64,000 nucleotides of DNA, from the NCBI GenBank assembly GCA_964057225.1, contig OZ059894.1:6510001-6574000 (forward strand), in the 5' to 3' direction. A model generated the notes under the pieces. The model saw only the letters and a program-made list of their open reading frames with translations, made no database searches and had not been told where the DNA came from. Positions 14,057 through 26,800 of this stretch are shown here, piece after piece (position 1 is the stretch's first letter; each line of letters opens with the position of its first letter). Made by a program: the position numbers and the translations under genes. The DNA comes from Auanema rhodensis. Lineage: Eukaryota; Animalia; Nematoda.

Positions 14057-15591
14057 ATTCCTGCCCAATTCTACAGCAACCATTCTTATTTTTCTCGTTT
14101 GAACCTTCATTTCAGAATGATTAGTGTTATTTCTTACTAAATATCTTATGTATTTACAGTGTTTATAGTCTATTTAGATACTCTCTATATTTTATAAATT
14201 TTGTCACTCTTTTTATCTCTAGCCCTCTCCCTCTGTACCCTTTCTCTCTCTCATCATATTTCTTTTTCTATCTTTCTCTCTTTTTGTGTTCATCTTCTCT
14301 CTCTTCTTCCCTCTATTTCCCTCTATTTCCCTCTCAGTAATATTTAAAAGTTTTTTTCTCGGCCATTTTTATATTCAATTCTTTATTTTCAAATTCTCTA
14401 CACAGTCTTCATCAACTTTTTTTTCAAGAAATTTTTCTTTAATTGATTAATTTCGAAATAATGTAATATTTCTATGATTTTGATGAAGATGATGATGAGA
14501 GAACTTTCATTTATCTCATCTTTTATCTGTTTTCTAGCAGAGCATTTATTTCTATCTCTATCTATCCATCTATCTATCTCTTTCTATATATATATATATA
14601 TATTATTATTTTATTTTTTGGAGATTTATTGTAATTCAAATAGTAATTTCAATGCTATATGATAAGCTTACATTTCATAGCAAATGAAAAACCAATTTTT
14701 CTTTACATCAAATCTTCAAAAATATTTTAGAGTGAACCCGTGATTGTTTTCTACGCAAATGTGATTTATCCATTTTATATTTAACTCTCTTCGTCTCTCT
14801 CTCTATTTCTTTTCTCTCTCTTTCTATTTCTCTCTCTTTTTCTCTCTCTCTCCCTCTCTCCTGTTTTCTTGCTCTCTTCGATTTTTCTTGATTTTCCACC
14901 TCCCTCTCTTTTTCTTTCTATCCTGCTCTCTCCCTAATTATCTCAGTTTTACCTTATCTGAGCATTTGAAAATTCTGCCAGCTTATGAAATTTGTTTCTA
15001 AGACTATGAAAACCTCTGAAACTGAATTCTCTAGCTCATTACATTACTTTCGCCCGCATTAAAGAGATTTCAGGCACAGCAAAGAGATACCTTAATTAAG
15101 TTTATTTACTAATATTAATTTGACAATGTCCAGCTTAATATTTAAATTCTTTGTTCATCTTAAAGCCTAAAATGACTTTTTAAAGCTTTATATGACCTTA
15201 AATGTATATTTTTTCACCACAATATAAACATTCTATTTTAACAATGTCTGATTTCACCTGCTGTTCTCTTGTCTGAAACAGCAAATTTACCATTAATTTC
15301 AGTTTTTTATAATAATAATATAACCAAGTGTGACCGTTGAATCATTATATTATAATTCTCTGTTTACCTCTGTTATTCTCTTATAAAAATGATTATAACA
15401 GCATTTGTGTTATATACGCCTAAAAAAACTTTAAGCAAACTGCCTTCATTAAATACCGTAATATTAATTTTTTTTAACTGATTTGCCTACATTATTTCAT
15501 AAAAATCAAATGAATTCACGTCTCAATTTGAGATAATGCTGTTGATGAAAAGTTTATTTATTTAATAACATGTATAAGGCATATACTAACA

Positions 15592-17090
15592 TCAACGAGC
15601 TCCGTAAAATTGTCTGTAAGAAGTTTCTTCAAAACTTTCTTCAGGTTCAGTTTCTTGTTTATAATTCTCGGCATCAGACTGAAACAAAAATTTATCATTT
15701 TTAGAAGAGATTAAACGTTTCATTTGTTGTATTATAAATTTAAATTTGTTAATAATTATTGAGAAACCTGTTTTAGTTATCTTTTGAACTTTCATGTTTA
15801 TACTTTGTTTGATTGGGTATTAGAGATATCGACTTTTTCATGCTATATTTAAGAATTTAAAGCTCATACCTCAATCGCTGATGGTGCACTGAAATCTGTT
15901 AGAATAGTGTTAACTCCACAGTCTGACGGACAGTAAGTAGATGGTGTTCCAGGTTCTCCCGGAGGTCCAGCTAGTCCTCTATCTCCATGTGGGCCATACT
16001 TAAAAAAATATAAGTTAACTATCTATCTCTAGTTTAACCAACTTTTCCTGTTGCACCAATAGCTCCCTGTCTTCCTGCTTTTCCGGGAGGACCACTGAAG
16101 CCGAAGAATAATATAATTTCATTATAATTTATTGTTATACCGAAGATTTGATGGTCGTCCATTTACTCCTGGTGGGCCTTTTGGTCCTGATGTACCTTGT
16201 GGTCCTGGAGGACCTTTAATTCCTTCACCAGCTGTCCAAATAAAAACTTAGTTTCAAGACTCTCGAACGATTTAAATACCTATAACAGTATCTCCTGAAA
16301 CTCCACGATGTCCTTTTGGTCCATCTGGTCCCTTGGGCCCATGGTTACCGACTGGCCCAACAGGACCATCATGCCCAGGGTTTCCAGCAAATCCTTAAGA
16401 CACAATTTATGCAAAACAAATTATACCATTATTGAACCATAAATTCCTCGAGATCCCGGTTTTCCACTGAGTCCACGCTCTCCTTGTTGTCCACGAGGGC
16501 CGGGGGGGCCAGCAGCGCAAATCGTGCATGGTAAATCGGGCTGTTATTCATTAACTACTTTTGAAATTGTATGAAATTTACCTGTGCATCAAGTTCAATA
16601 TCTTCTCCATCAAAGCCTGGGGATCCTGGTTTTCCGGGAATTCCAGGTTCTCCATCAGCACCTGGAGGCCCTTCCAGTCCCATAGGTCCAATTGGACACA
16701 AAAGTCTTGTACATTCTAAAAATCACAATAAAGAAATATATATTGCACATAAATTATGCTACTCACGAGAGCATTTATGTAAATGTCCTTTAGCAGCAGT
16801 AGCTTCAATCGGATTGACTGAACCGTAATCTCTGGGAATACGCATTGTTCTTCCCATTTCTATGAGTTCAGCCCAGATGACTTGAGTTTTACTCTGAAAA
16901 CTAAAGATGAGCCTTCAAAGAAGTAATTTAAACTAACCTTAAACTCTTGACTTCTAGCCAATCCTTCTTCTTTGTAACTAGAAGCTCTATTTGCTAATCC
17001 AACAACGGTTACTAGAAGTATTGTAGTTGAAAACAAAGATACAACACAGACAGCTAAGCCTGTACGATAATAATGAATATCCGGCTTCAT
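15592..17090 (-). CDS. Nematode cuticle collagen, Cys pattern like the dpy-7/dpy-3/dpy-8 group; multi-exon
   Basis: N-terminal TM/Col_cuticle_N segment (exon 1 17090-16938), RIPR furin-type site, KCSQCTRLLCPIGP, Gly-X-Y blocks interrupted by EDIELDAQPDLPCTICAAGPPG, C-terminal YCPSDCGV and an acidic tail ending YGAR*. Confidence 0.93.
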
Positions 17091-17210
17091 TTCCTATAAA
17101 GTAAAAAAATGTTAACTCAAAGATATATCATTAGATGAATGATTTTTAGAAAAATACGGAAAGAGAAATATCTACAAATGTATAATAACAACTTCTTATA
17201 AGTGATATGC

Positions 17211-17275
17211 AAATAGGTCACACGGACCTTATTTTCAGAATCTCATATCTCATCAATCCAACTTAAAGACCTTGA
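17211..17275. promoter_or_regulatory. Candidate nuclear-receptor sites upstream of the collagen
   Basis: AAATAGGTCA (17211-17220, ROR/NHR-23-type half-site) and TCAAGGTCT on the minus strand (17267-17275, Ftz-F1/NHR-25-like), 120-185 bp from the collagen ATG. Confidence 0.35.
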
Positions 17276-18210
17276 CCGGGCCAAAGATGATGTTCATATC
17301 TAAACAACATTGGTGAGATATTGAACATATCAAATATTTATATATATTTTTAATAACCAAAAAGTTATAGATAGACTTGCAAGGAGTAACTAAGTGTAAA
17401 CTCTCAATTCATAGTACTAAAACCGTGGCTGATTGTGTATATCAATTACAAATTTGAGTATGCTTCTTTGTGCGTGATTTACTTGTACATCTTTAATATT
17501 AATAGTGTTATTAGATCTTAGAGCTTTTCTACTGAGTAGGTGCATGAAACAGAAGATCATGCCTGGGATTTTTAATTGTTTTTTTGGTTTTCATTCTTCA
17601 GTTTGATCAACATAATATACATTTATATGATTGAAATTCTCAGAAAAATATAATGTATCAAATTTCAACCAAAATGGAGCATGTAATCTATAAATAACTT
17701 CAAAATATTTATTGTTATGAATCACCTTTACATTTTCATCTGCAACTTTGTTTTATTTTTGTATAGAATACTTATGTCTTAATACTTCAACATCAATATA
17801 TCAAATTAGAAATTATGAATAAATTAATAAACCGTAAGATTAGATTTTTGACTTTTTTTTGATTTTTTTTAAAACATAGAAAAGTAATTTGAATTTTATA
17901 ATAATTAATAAATACTATTTTAAATTTAGTCAGTTAAACGTAACGGTTTTCATTCAGTATTTTTATTTCTCTTTTTTATAAATGAAAAATACTCTGATTT
18001 CATATATATTTAATTTTTACTAATTGTAAATAAAATTTCCATTTATAAAATATTGTGAACTAGGCAGTGCCATTTGAACCGTGCCAATGAAAAGTTACAT
18101 AGGGAACTCAGAGAATTATTGCGTACTTTGTTTGCATAGTAGTATTTTTTATTATAATTAGTTGATATGATAATTAGTCTAAATTTCATTTTAAGAATGA
18201 TAAAATTACA

Positions 18211-21152
18211 ATGAATTTGAGTTGGTCCAGCGTTACTACGCCTTCTCATAATTGTGAGCAGTGCTTTCTTCCTGTAGCGCATCGAAAAAATAATTATGTA
18301 GATTTGTTTGAGTTTTCACAAGTAAGATTATTGAAATACAGCTTTTATAATAATATTTTTAGTTTAATGGAATTCCTTGGTTACTACCTCCCGGTGTGGC
18401 GCCACCAAGAAGGTGGTTTGCTGATATCAGATATACCTTATCTACTTCGCTACCTCATAGGTACCCTTCTGTTAGAAAAGAAGTGTTAGAGTCGGAAAGG
18501 TTTGCTGTACATTTATTAAAATTCTTACTTTCTATATTTTAGAGTAGCAAATGCGGTGTCGTTGTTGCATAAAGAGAATTCATCTCTTACTTTTTATTCT
18601 TTGAATAAGATGGTTTGCTCTTACTTCACTGAAATCAGAGGGACATTGTCTCGTTTCGTTTGCAAAATATGTGCATATCTATTATACAAGGTTGCCCTAA
18701 GATGATAATGAAATTGGATTTCATTTTTTCAGACTTTCAGACGATTAATGACTCATCTATATGTCAGTCCTGAACAAATAAAAAGTGTCAAAGAAGCGCA
18801 CGACGTAAATGTTGCTTATTTTACAAAAGTTATTTTGTTGTTTAGACTGGGATACCTTTAGTTTATCTTCCTCTTCATAGAAGTCATTTGGATTATCTCT
18901 TAATTACTTGGAACGCGTGGCATTTCGGCCTACCTTTACCCCATATTGCGTCTGGTGATAATTTGAATCTTTCTGGTTTTGGGTAAAATAGTTAATTTTT
19001 CAAGTATCTAATCAAGTTTTTAGATGGCTTTTAAGATCAACAGGAGCTTTTTTCATTCGTAGGCCTAAGGGTCCAACAGATGAAGGGGGCAAAGATGTGA
19101 TTTATAGGTGTGCTTTTTATTAATAATATTATTATTTGTTGTATTTAAGGGCTGTATTACATTCTTACTTGGAACAACTTTTAAAAAAGGGATTACCAAT
19201 CGAATTCTTCTCTGAAGGAACCAGGTTATAAACAATCAAGTCATTATTTTGTAATAATGTTATTTCTAGAAGTAGGTTTGGAAAGTCTCTTTTACCAAAA
19301 CATGGTTTAATTTCTAATGTTGTTGCTTCCGTTCAAGAAGGTAATACCTACTGTTGTAGTTAACTAATAAGTTATTCAGGAACAATCAAGGATTGTTATT
19401 TGGTTCCTGTTTCTTATACCTATGATCAAGTTGCTGAAGGAGTATTTTTGAATGAATTGATGGGAGTTCCTAAAGTATTGCTTTTGTTAGAATTGAATTT
19501 ATCATTGTGTCTTATAGGTGCGTGAAAGTGTTGTTGCTGTATTCCGTGGCATTTTGAAAGCTTTTGGATTAAGTAAAAGATGCGGGGCCGTTCGTATGCA
19601 CTATGGGCAACCTGTGCTTCTTTCAGTTTGCTTTAAACTTTTATTCTCGCTCAGAAAAATATTTTTAAGCATTATTTAAAAGCGTTGCCTAATGCCTTCT
19701 CGAATACGGAACCATCATGTTCTTTAACCCGTTTAAGGCATTCGTACTCCTACAGGTATTTTTTGGATATTTATCTTATGATCCCATTTTATTCAGAGAA
19801 CTGATACCCTGGCATAATAAACACGAAGAAAAAGTTGATAATCGAAGTCTCATTCGAGCAATTGGATATCATGTTGTTTATGGTAATATTTTCGTTTTTG
19901 TTATAAAATATGCACTCAATTGTTTTAGAATCTCAGATGATGAACTCAATTTCCCCAGTTTCAATTCTTAGTGCTTTAATACTTTGTAAATACCGAGAGG
20001 TTAGTTATATTGTGTGAATAAAAACATCAAACAGTAATCTGGCTTTTCTGTTTTCAGGGAACTTCTTATGAGAATTTAGCAACTGATATCGAATGGCTTT
20101 GCTCTCTAATATTACAAGAAGGTATTGATATAATGGGCTATAAGCCTGGAATCACAACTGGAAATGACATTATTCAGGTTATTAAATAATAATCCATATT
20201 AAAACGTTTCTTTTGAACTAACAAAATATTTTGTTCAGTATGCGCATTCCTATCTTCGAGAGTCAATTGAAATTGATGAACACAAAATTAAGCCAATCTT
20301 GACTCACCGACAAACTATTCATTTAGCTTATTCTAAAAATGCTCTTGTACCAGTGTTTGCTTTGAAAAGTGCTATAGGTAATTGTGTATTTGTTTTTCAA
20401 TGTTCTGAATGTCGTTTTTTACAGCCATTATGATAGTATCGAATCCTGAATTACGGATAACGGAAGATTCACTAATCACAAATGTGTTTGAAATATGCCA
20501 ATGGATGCAATTTGAAGCAATATTCTGCAGAGTGAGATAATTTCTAAATATGAGATTATATTCAATTTAGCCTTGCCAAAATCTGGAAACAGTGATCAAA
20601 CAGAAGATACAGGAGATGACTTATGATGCTAAGCTTCTAAGAAAAGTTGAAAATTCTCAGTATATCAGCTACGAGGTGAATACTCGTTAATTTTAAATTC
20701 ATTGTATTTCTTAATGATTTTACAGATTACCGATGAGAATTCAAAATTTATTTTGAAATTTTTGTCCGGATTTCTCAGACCTTTCTTACAAACTTTCTAT
20801 CTCGTTTGTAAAAAATTATTGCGAGAACCGAAACACAATAGGGGTTCGTTCTATTGCGCTTATTTCCATAAGTCTTTAATTATTGTAGAACAAGAATTTA
20901 CCAGAAATTTCTGTAGAGAATCACTTCAGGATTTACTACAGCAAGATATTTTACCTTTAGGTTTGTATCCACATACTTATCTTTACAAATATTCCTTTAG
21001 CTGAGGCAATCAATAGTGATTCTATAAAAAATACCCTAAATGCTTTGAGGGAGTTCGAAATAATCAAGAAAGGTTTACCAATTTATGTAGCAGATTCGGA
21101 TAGATTACAGAATCTTGTTGATGCTTCATACGAGATATTAAAGGTTTATTAA
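18211..21152 (+). CDS. acl-6: Glycerol-3-phosphate acyltransferase (mitochondrial GPAT type, PlsC domain); many short introns
   Basis: Spliced motifs LPLHRSHLDYLL (HxxxxD), IASGDNLNL, GAFFIRR, IEFFSEGTR|SRFGK, DCYLVPVSYTYD and ELMGVPK|VRESV, matching what I recall of C. elegans ACL-6. Stop TAA at 21150-21152. Confidence 0.88.
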
Positions 21153-21797
21153 AGAGAGTATATTAAATGATATTATTCACAATGTTTAGATTTAATCATA
21201 TTATTTTCAAAGATATTTATATAAACAATAAATACTATACTTCATGACAAGCGAAGCATAATGAATAAAAACAATATTTTCCTAACGATAAATAATCGTA
21301 TCGTAAAGTTTTGTTAATTAGAAATTTAAAAATCGTATTATATCTCAGCACAATACATGTTCCATCAGAAGGTGAAATAATTCTGACATATGTATACAGA
21401 AAATAAATGAAGTCTATAAAATCTAAAATCAGTTAATATTCTTTGGACTTGTACTTAAATTTCAGTTTTCTAAAATTAAAATCTGGTTCGAACCAATGCA
21501 GAGCATTAATATTTAGGTCTCCTTTGTGTACAAATCATAATTTGAACATATATTAAGCAAAAAACAGTCAGTTTTAGATATGTTATCGGCCCCATCACCG
21601 TGTTTAAATAAAGAAAACAGATCAAAACATGATTTTTATTTGTGAAATAAGTAGTGGACAGTTTAAACAACCTGATCATGCAGTATATATAATTATGACA
21701 TTCTTGATAATTTCTGCCTCTGAAATAGAGAAACCACACATACCGACATATTTATATATTAAAAGTTTACTTCATAACTTAAAAAAGAAATTTTGTG

Positions 21798-21897
21798 TTC
21801 CTATCTTCGAGACTCAATTGAAACTGATGAACCCAAAATTAAGCCAATCTTCACTCACCGACAAACTATTCATTTAGCTTATTCTAAAAATGCTCTT
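21798..21897 (+). repeat. 100-bp duplicated fragment of an acl-6 coding exon (source 20247-20346)
   Basis: Ungapped alignment with 4 mismatches in 100 bp. Confidence 0.95.
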
Positions 21898-22016
21898 CGA
21901 TTTTATTTATTGTGATGCATTAATAATTTACAAAAACTTGCAATTTTGAATAATAGATGTTAAACTAAAAGTATTAGAGATTAATTAATTTTTTTAGACT
22001 GAAGCTACCTACCAAA

Positions 22017-22571
22017 ATGTCTACTCTTCGTTTAGTAGGGTTAAACTTAAATAAAAAATTTTTTTTTAATTTAAGATCTTCACTTTTGTTTTACTAGCTG
22101 TGACTATTCAAGCTGCTGTATACTATCCAGGAGACCAACACATTGATCAACGTAAGTTTTATTTTTATTTTTTTATTTTTGTTTCATTTCATATAAGCTC
22201 AGGCTTTTTTTAGATTGCGGTATCAATGAAAGCCGAAACTGCGAAGCTGAGTGCGACATTAAGTGCGCATATCCCGACGGCGTATGATATTATAATCAAA
22301 ATTATATTTTATAGAATTTTATTTTCAGTTGAAATGTTCCTCGCCATGCTCTCCTGGAACTTGTCAATGTATCAGAGGATATGCTAGAGCCCCAAGCGGA
22401 ATCTGTGTTCCTTTTGACGAATGCAAATACCGTAAGCTCAATTTCGTTGTTTCCTGAAATCCATATTATATAGCGTGTTTTAGTAACGAAATATCATAAA
22501 ATTAAAGTTTATAAGTTCAATTCGTTTTAAATATTAACTATAAGCTCCCTATTTTAGAATTCCGCAAATAA
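22017..22571 (+). CDS. Small secreted TIL-domain (trypsin inhibitor-like, 10 Cys) protein; last exon uncertain (stop at ~22499 or 22571)
   Basis: Spliced MSTLRL|IFTFVLLAVTIQA (signal peptide) followed by CGINESRNCEAECDIKCAYPDG|LKCSSPCSPGTCQCIRGYARAPSGICVPFDEC. GT-AG introns. Confidence 0.8.
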
Positions 22572-22966
22572 TCATGGGACACATAAGGATGGAATACGAC
22601 CACACTTCCGATATTAGCACTTGAATTTTTGATCTTTATAATTTTACACAATTTCCAAAAATATCGAAATGTATATTGGATTAAGTAATTTTTTATAATC
22701 TTTTATGAACTATATCGAATGTAACGTATTAATTTGAACTACTTTTGTTGGAATATTGTATCGAAATATATGAAAACAAAATGAAATACCTTTTCAAATT
22801 GTGTTCAATTATATTAAAATCACAAAATACAGTAAATCTATGAAAACAACATCTGTTATTTCCACTCATCTTACCACGATTTGTATCACAATAAATCCAA
22901 GAACTGAACATATCATTCTATCCACATCGTTTCACTCTGTTAACAAAACATTCAGACATTTAACAA

Positions 22967-23521
22967 ATGCACTTATTCCCAGTATTAATCCCTTTTCACT
23001 TTTTCATTTTATATTTGGTTTTGATATCTAATTGAAACCTCTTATCAGGGCCAAGTAACTTAACAAGTGATAATTGTCCTGCCAATCAAACTTTCACTCA
23101 ATGTTCGTTAATGTGCCCCAAGAAGTGTTCAGAAAATGCGATCTTATCGAAAGGGAAAAAGAAAAAATAACATTTTTTAGTCAAATATAGGCATATGCAG
23201 CAATGTGTGGACCTCCAGCTTGCCAATGTAACATTGGATATGGTCTTAATGCTCAAAGTAAATGTATTTTGCAGAGTAATTGTCCACGAAATATTGAATT
23301 GCGTAAAATGTTTTACAGAATATTATATAATTTTAATACACAACATTTAAGCGAAAGTACTACCTGTTTCAAATAAATGTGCTCTTGTGGACTGTCGATT
23401 CGGTATGGTTTGTCGCTTGAATACTCAAGGTCTTGCTGAATGTGTTGATCCTCCTTCTGCAATTAGTTGTGCAAGCTTCCTTTGTGTACAAGGAATAACC
23501 TGTCGTACGAACGGCACTTGA
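22967..23521 (+). pseudogene. TIL domain plus FOLN-like Cys-repeat gene, probably decayed or truncated
   Basis: CPANQTFTQCSLMCPKKC...CSNVCGPPACQCNIGYGLNAQSKCILQSNC, then CALVDCRFGMVCRLNTQGLAECV and an incomplete CASFLCVQGITC repeat. An in-frame TAA (23056-58) precedes the TIL domain, one intron needs a GC donor (~23138), and the frame stops beside a transposon fragment. Confidence 0.65.
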
Positions 23522-23524
23522 GTC

Positions 23525-23679
23525 TTTTGAGAACTTTTACTACCGAATTGATAACGATACAGCAAGTTTTCAAATTTATATTCTAAACAGGGGTACACAC
23601 CGTGCTTAGAAGGCCCAATGAGAGCGGTGTAGAAGATAGGACTTGTAAATTGCGAAGAAAAAGAACAAGTAGGAGAGGG
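23525..23679 (-). mobile_element. Internal fragment of a MULE transposase gene related to the element at 52388-55050
   Basis: The reverse complement aligns to ~53282-53436 at roughly 85% identity, including an exact match to ACCCCTGTTTAGAATATAAATTTGAAAACTTGCTGTATCG. Confidence 0.92.
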
Positions 23680-23700
23680 TATGATTCAGTTATGGAACTT

Positions 23701-23748
23701 CAGAAGTAGCTTAATCTTTTAAAAACTTGAAGAAAAACGTAAAACGTA
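23701..23748 (-). terminator. Pol III oligo-T terminators downstream of the tRNA (repeated in each unit)
   Basis: The minus strand after the tRNA reads TACGTTTTACGTTTTTCTTCAAGTTTTT (T4, T5, T5). Confidence 0.8.
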
Positions 23749-23820
23749 TTCCGTTGCGGGGAATCGAACCCCGGCCTTATGGGTGAGAGCCATAAATCCT
23801 AACCACTAGACCACAACGGA
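23749..23820 (-). tRNA. tRNA-Glu(CTC), first copy, representative of block 1
   Basis: TCCGTTGTGGTCTAGTGGTTAGGATTTATGGCTCTCACCCATAAGGCCGGGGTTCGATTCCCCGCAACGGAA. Acceptor stem TCCGTTG/CAACGGA, anticodon arm TATGG-CT-CTC-AC-CCATA, A box TGGTCTAGTGG, B box GGTTCGATTCC. Confidence 0.98.
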
Positions 23821-26800
23821 TGTGATAGCTAAGCATCTTGAACCTTCAATAATCAGTCATTGCGTTTGCATTATGGCCAATGAAATTCAATTCGTGGATC
23901 ATTCGCAATGTTCTTGAAAACGTTGAGCATTGTTGTTGCCTAAGAATCAAGGTATGATTCAGTTATGGAACTTCAGAAGTAGCTTAATCTTTTAAAAACT
24001 TGAAGAAAAACGTAAAACGTATTCCGTTGCGGGGAATCGAACCCCGGCCTTATGGGTGAGAGCCATAAATCCTAACCACTAGACCACAACGGATGTGATA
24101 GCTAAGCATCTTGAACCTTCAATAATCAGTCATTGCGTTTGCATTATGGCCAATGAAATTCAATTCGTGGATCATTCGCAATGTTCTTGAAAACGTTGAG
24201 CATTGTTGTTGCCTAAGAATCAAGGTATGATTCAGTGCAGCTTAATCTTTTAAAAACTTGAAGAAAAACGTAAAACGTATTCCGTTGCGGGGAATCGAAC
24301 CCCGGCCTTATGGGTGAGAGCCATAAATCCTAACCACTAGACCACAACGGATGTGATAGCTAAGCATCTTGAACCTTCAATAATCAGTCATTGCGTTTGC
24401 ATTATGGCCAATGAAATTCAATTCGTGGATCATTCGCAATGTTCTTGAAAACGTTGAGCATTGTTGTTGCCTAAGAATCAAGGTATGATTCAGTTATGGA
24501 ACTTCAGAAGTAGCTTAATCTTTTAAAAACTTGAAGAAAAACGTAAAACGTATTCCGTTGCGGGGAATCGAACCCCGGCCTTATGGGTGAGAGCCATAAA
24601 TCCTAACCACTAGACCACAACGGATGTGATAGCTAAGCATCTTGAACCTTCAATAATCAGTCATTGCGTTTGCATTATGGCCAATGAAATTCAATTCGTG
24701 GATCATTCGCAATGTTCTTGAAAACGTTGAGCATTGTTGTTGCCTAAGAATCAAGGTATGATTCAGTGCAGCTTAATCTTTTAAAAACTTGAAGAAAAAC
24801 GTAAAACGTATTCCGTTGCGGGGAATCGAACCCCGGCCTTATGGGTGAGAGCCATAAATCCTAACCACTAGACCACAACGGATGTGATAGCTAAGCATCT
24901 TGAACCTTCAATAATCAGTCATTGCGTTTGCATTATGGCCAATGAAATTCAATTCGTGGATCATTCGCAATGTTCTTGAAAACGTTGAGCATTGTTGTTG
25001 CCTAAGAATCAAGGTATGATTCAGTTATGGAACTTCAGAAGTAGCTTAATCTTTTAAAAACTTGAAGAAAAACGTAAAACGTATTCCGTTGCGGGGAATC
25101 GAACCCCGGCCTTATGGGTGAGAGCCATAAATCCTAACCACTAGACCACAACGGATGTGATAGCTAAGCATCTTGAACCTTCAATAATCAGTCATTGCGT
25201 TTGCATTATGGCCAATGAAATTCAATTCGTGGATCATTCGCAATGTTCTTGAAAACGTTGAGCATTGTTGTTGCCTAAGAATCAAGGTATGATTCAGTGC
25301 AGCTTAATCTTTTAAAAACTTGAAGAAAAACGTAAAACGTATTCCGTTGCGGGGAATCGAACCCCGGCCTTATGGGTGAGAGCCATAAATCCTAACCACT
25401 AGACCACAACGGATGTGATAGCTAAGCATCTTGAACCTTCAATAATCAGTCATTGCGTTTGCATTATGGCCAATGAAATTCAATTCGTGGATCATTCGCA
25501 ATGTTCTTGAAAACGTTGAGCATTGTTGTTGCCTAAGAATCAAGGTATGATTCAGTGCAGCTTAATCTTTTAAAAACTTGAAGAAAAACGTAAAACGTAT
25601 TCCGTTGCGGGGAATCGAACCCCGGCCTTATGGGTGAGAGTCATAAATCCTAACCACTAGACCACAACGGATGTGATAGCTAAGCATCTTGAACCTTCAA
25701 TAATCAGTCATTGCGTTTGCATTATGGCCAATGAAATTCAATTCGTGGATCATTCGCAATGTTCTTGAAAACGTTGAGCATTGTTGTTGCCTAAGAATCA
25801 AGGTATGATTCAGTGCAGCTTAATCTTTTAAAAACTTGAAGAAAAACGTAAAACATATTCCGTTGCGGGGAATCGAACCCCGGCCTTATGGGTGAGAGCC
25901 ATAAATCCTAACCACTAGACCACAACGGATGTGATAGCTAAGCATCTTGAACCTTCAATAATCAGTCATTGCGTTTGCATTATGGCCAATGAAATTCAAT
26001 TCGTAGATCATTCGCAATGTTCTTGAAAACGTTGAGCATTGTTGTTGCCTAAGAATCAAGGTATGATTCAGTGCAGCTTAATCTTTTAAAAACTTGAAGA
26101 AAAACGTAAAACGTATTCCGTTGCGGGGAATCGAACCCCGGCCTTATGGGTGAGAGCCATAAATCCTAACCACTAGACCACAACGGATGTGATAGCTAAG
26201 CATCTTGAACCTTCAATAATCAGTCATTGCGTTTGCATTATGGCCAATGAAATTCAATTCGTGGATCATTCGCAATGTTCTTGAAAACGTTGAGCATTGT
26301 TGTTGCCTAAGAATCAAGGTATGATTCAGTTATGGAACTTCAGAAGTAGCTTAATCTTTTAAAAACTTGAAGAAAAACGTAAAACGTATTCCGTTGCGGG
26401 GAATCGAACCCCGGCCTTATGGGTGAGAGCCATAAATCCTAACCACTAGACCACAACGGATGTGATAGCTAAGCATCTTGAACCTTCAATAATCAGTCAT
26501 TGCGTTTGCATTATGGCCAATGAAATTCAATTCGTGGATCATTCGCAATGTTCTTGAAAACGTTGAGCATTGTTGTTGCCTAAGAATCAAGGTATGATTC
26601 AGTTATGGAACTTCAGAAGTAGCTTAATCTTTTAAAAACTTGAAGAAAAACGTAAAACGTATTCCGTTGCGGGGAATCGAACCCCGGCCTTATGGGTGAG
26701 AGCCATAAATCCTAACCACTAGACCACAACGGATGTGATAGCTAAGCATCTTGAACCTTCAATAATCAGTCATTGCGTTTGCATTATGGCCAATGAAATT

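Noticed and set aside
16571-16828. Plus-strand PG-rich ORF
   Set aside because: Antisense shadow of the collagen Gly-X-Y exon.
21629-21877. 82-aa ORF
   Set aside because: Chance ORF running into the duplicated acl-6 fragment out of frame.
23749-23820. Suppressor or recoded tRNA, or a tRNA-derived SINE
   Set aside because: The anticodon is CTC in a normal Glu body. There is no poly-A tail, TSD or dispersed pattern.
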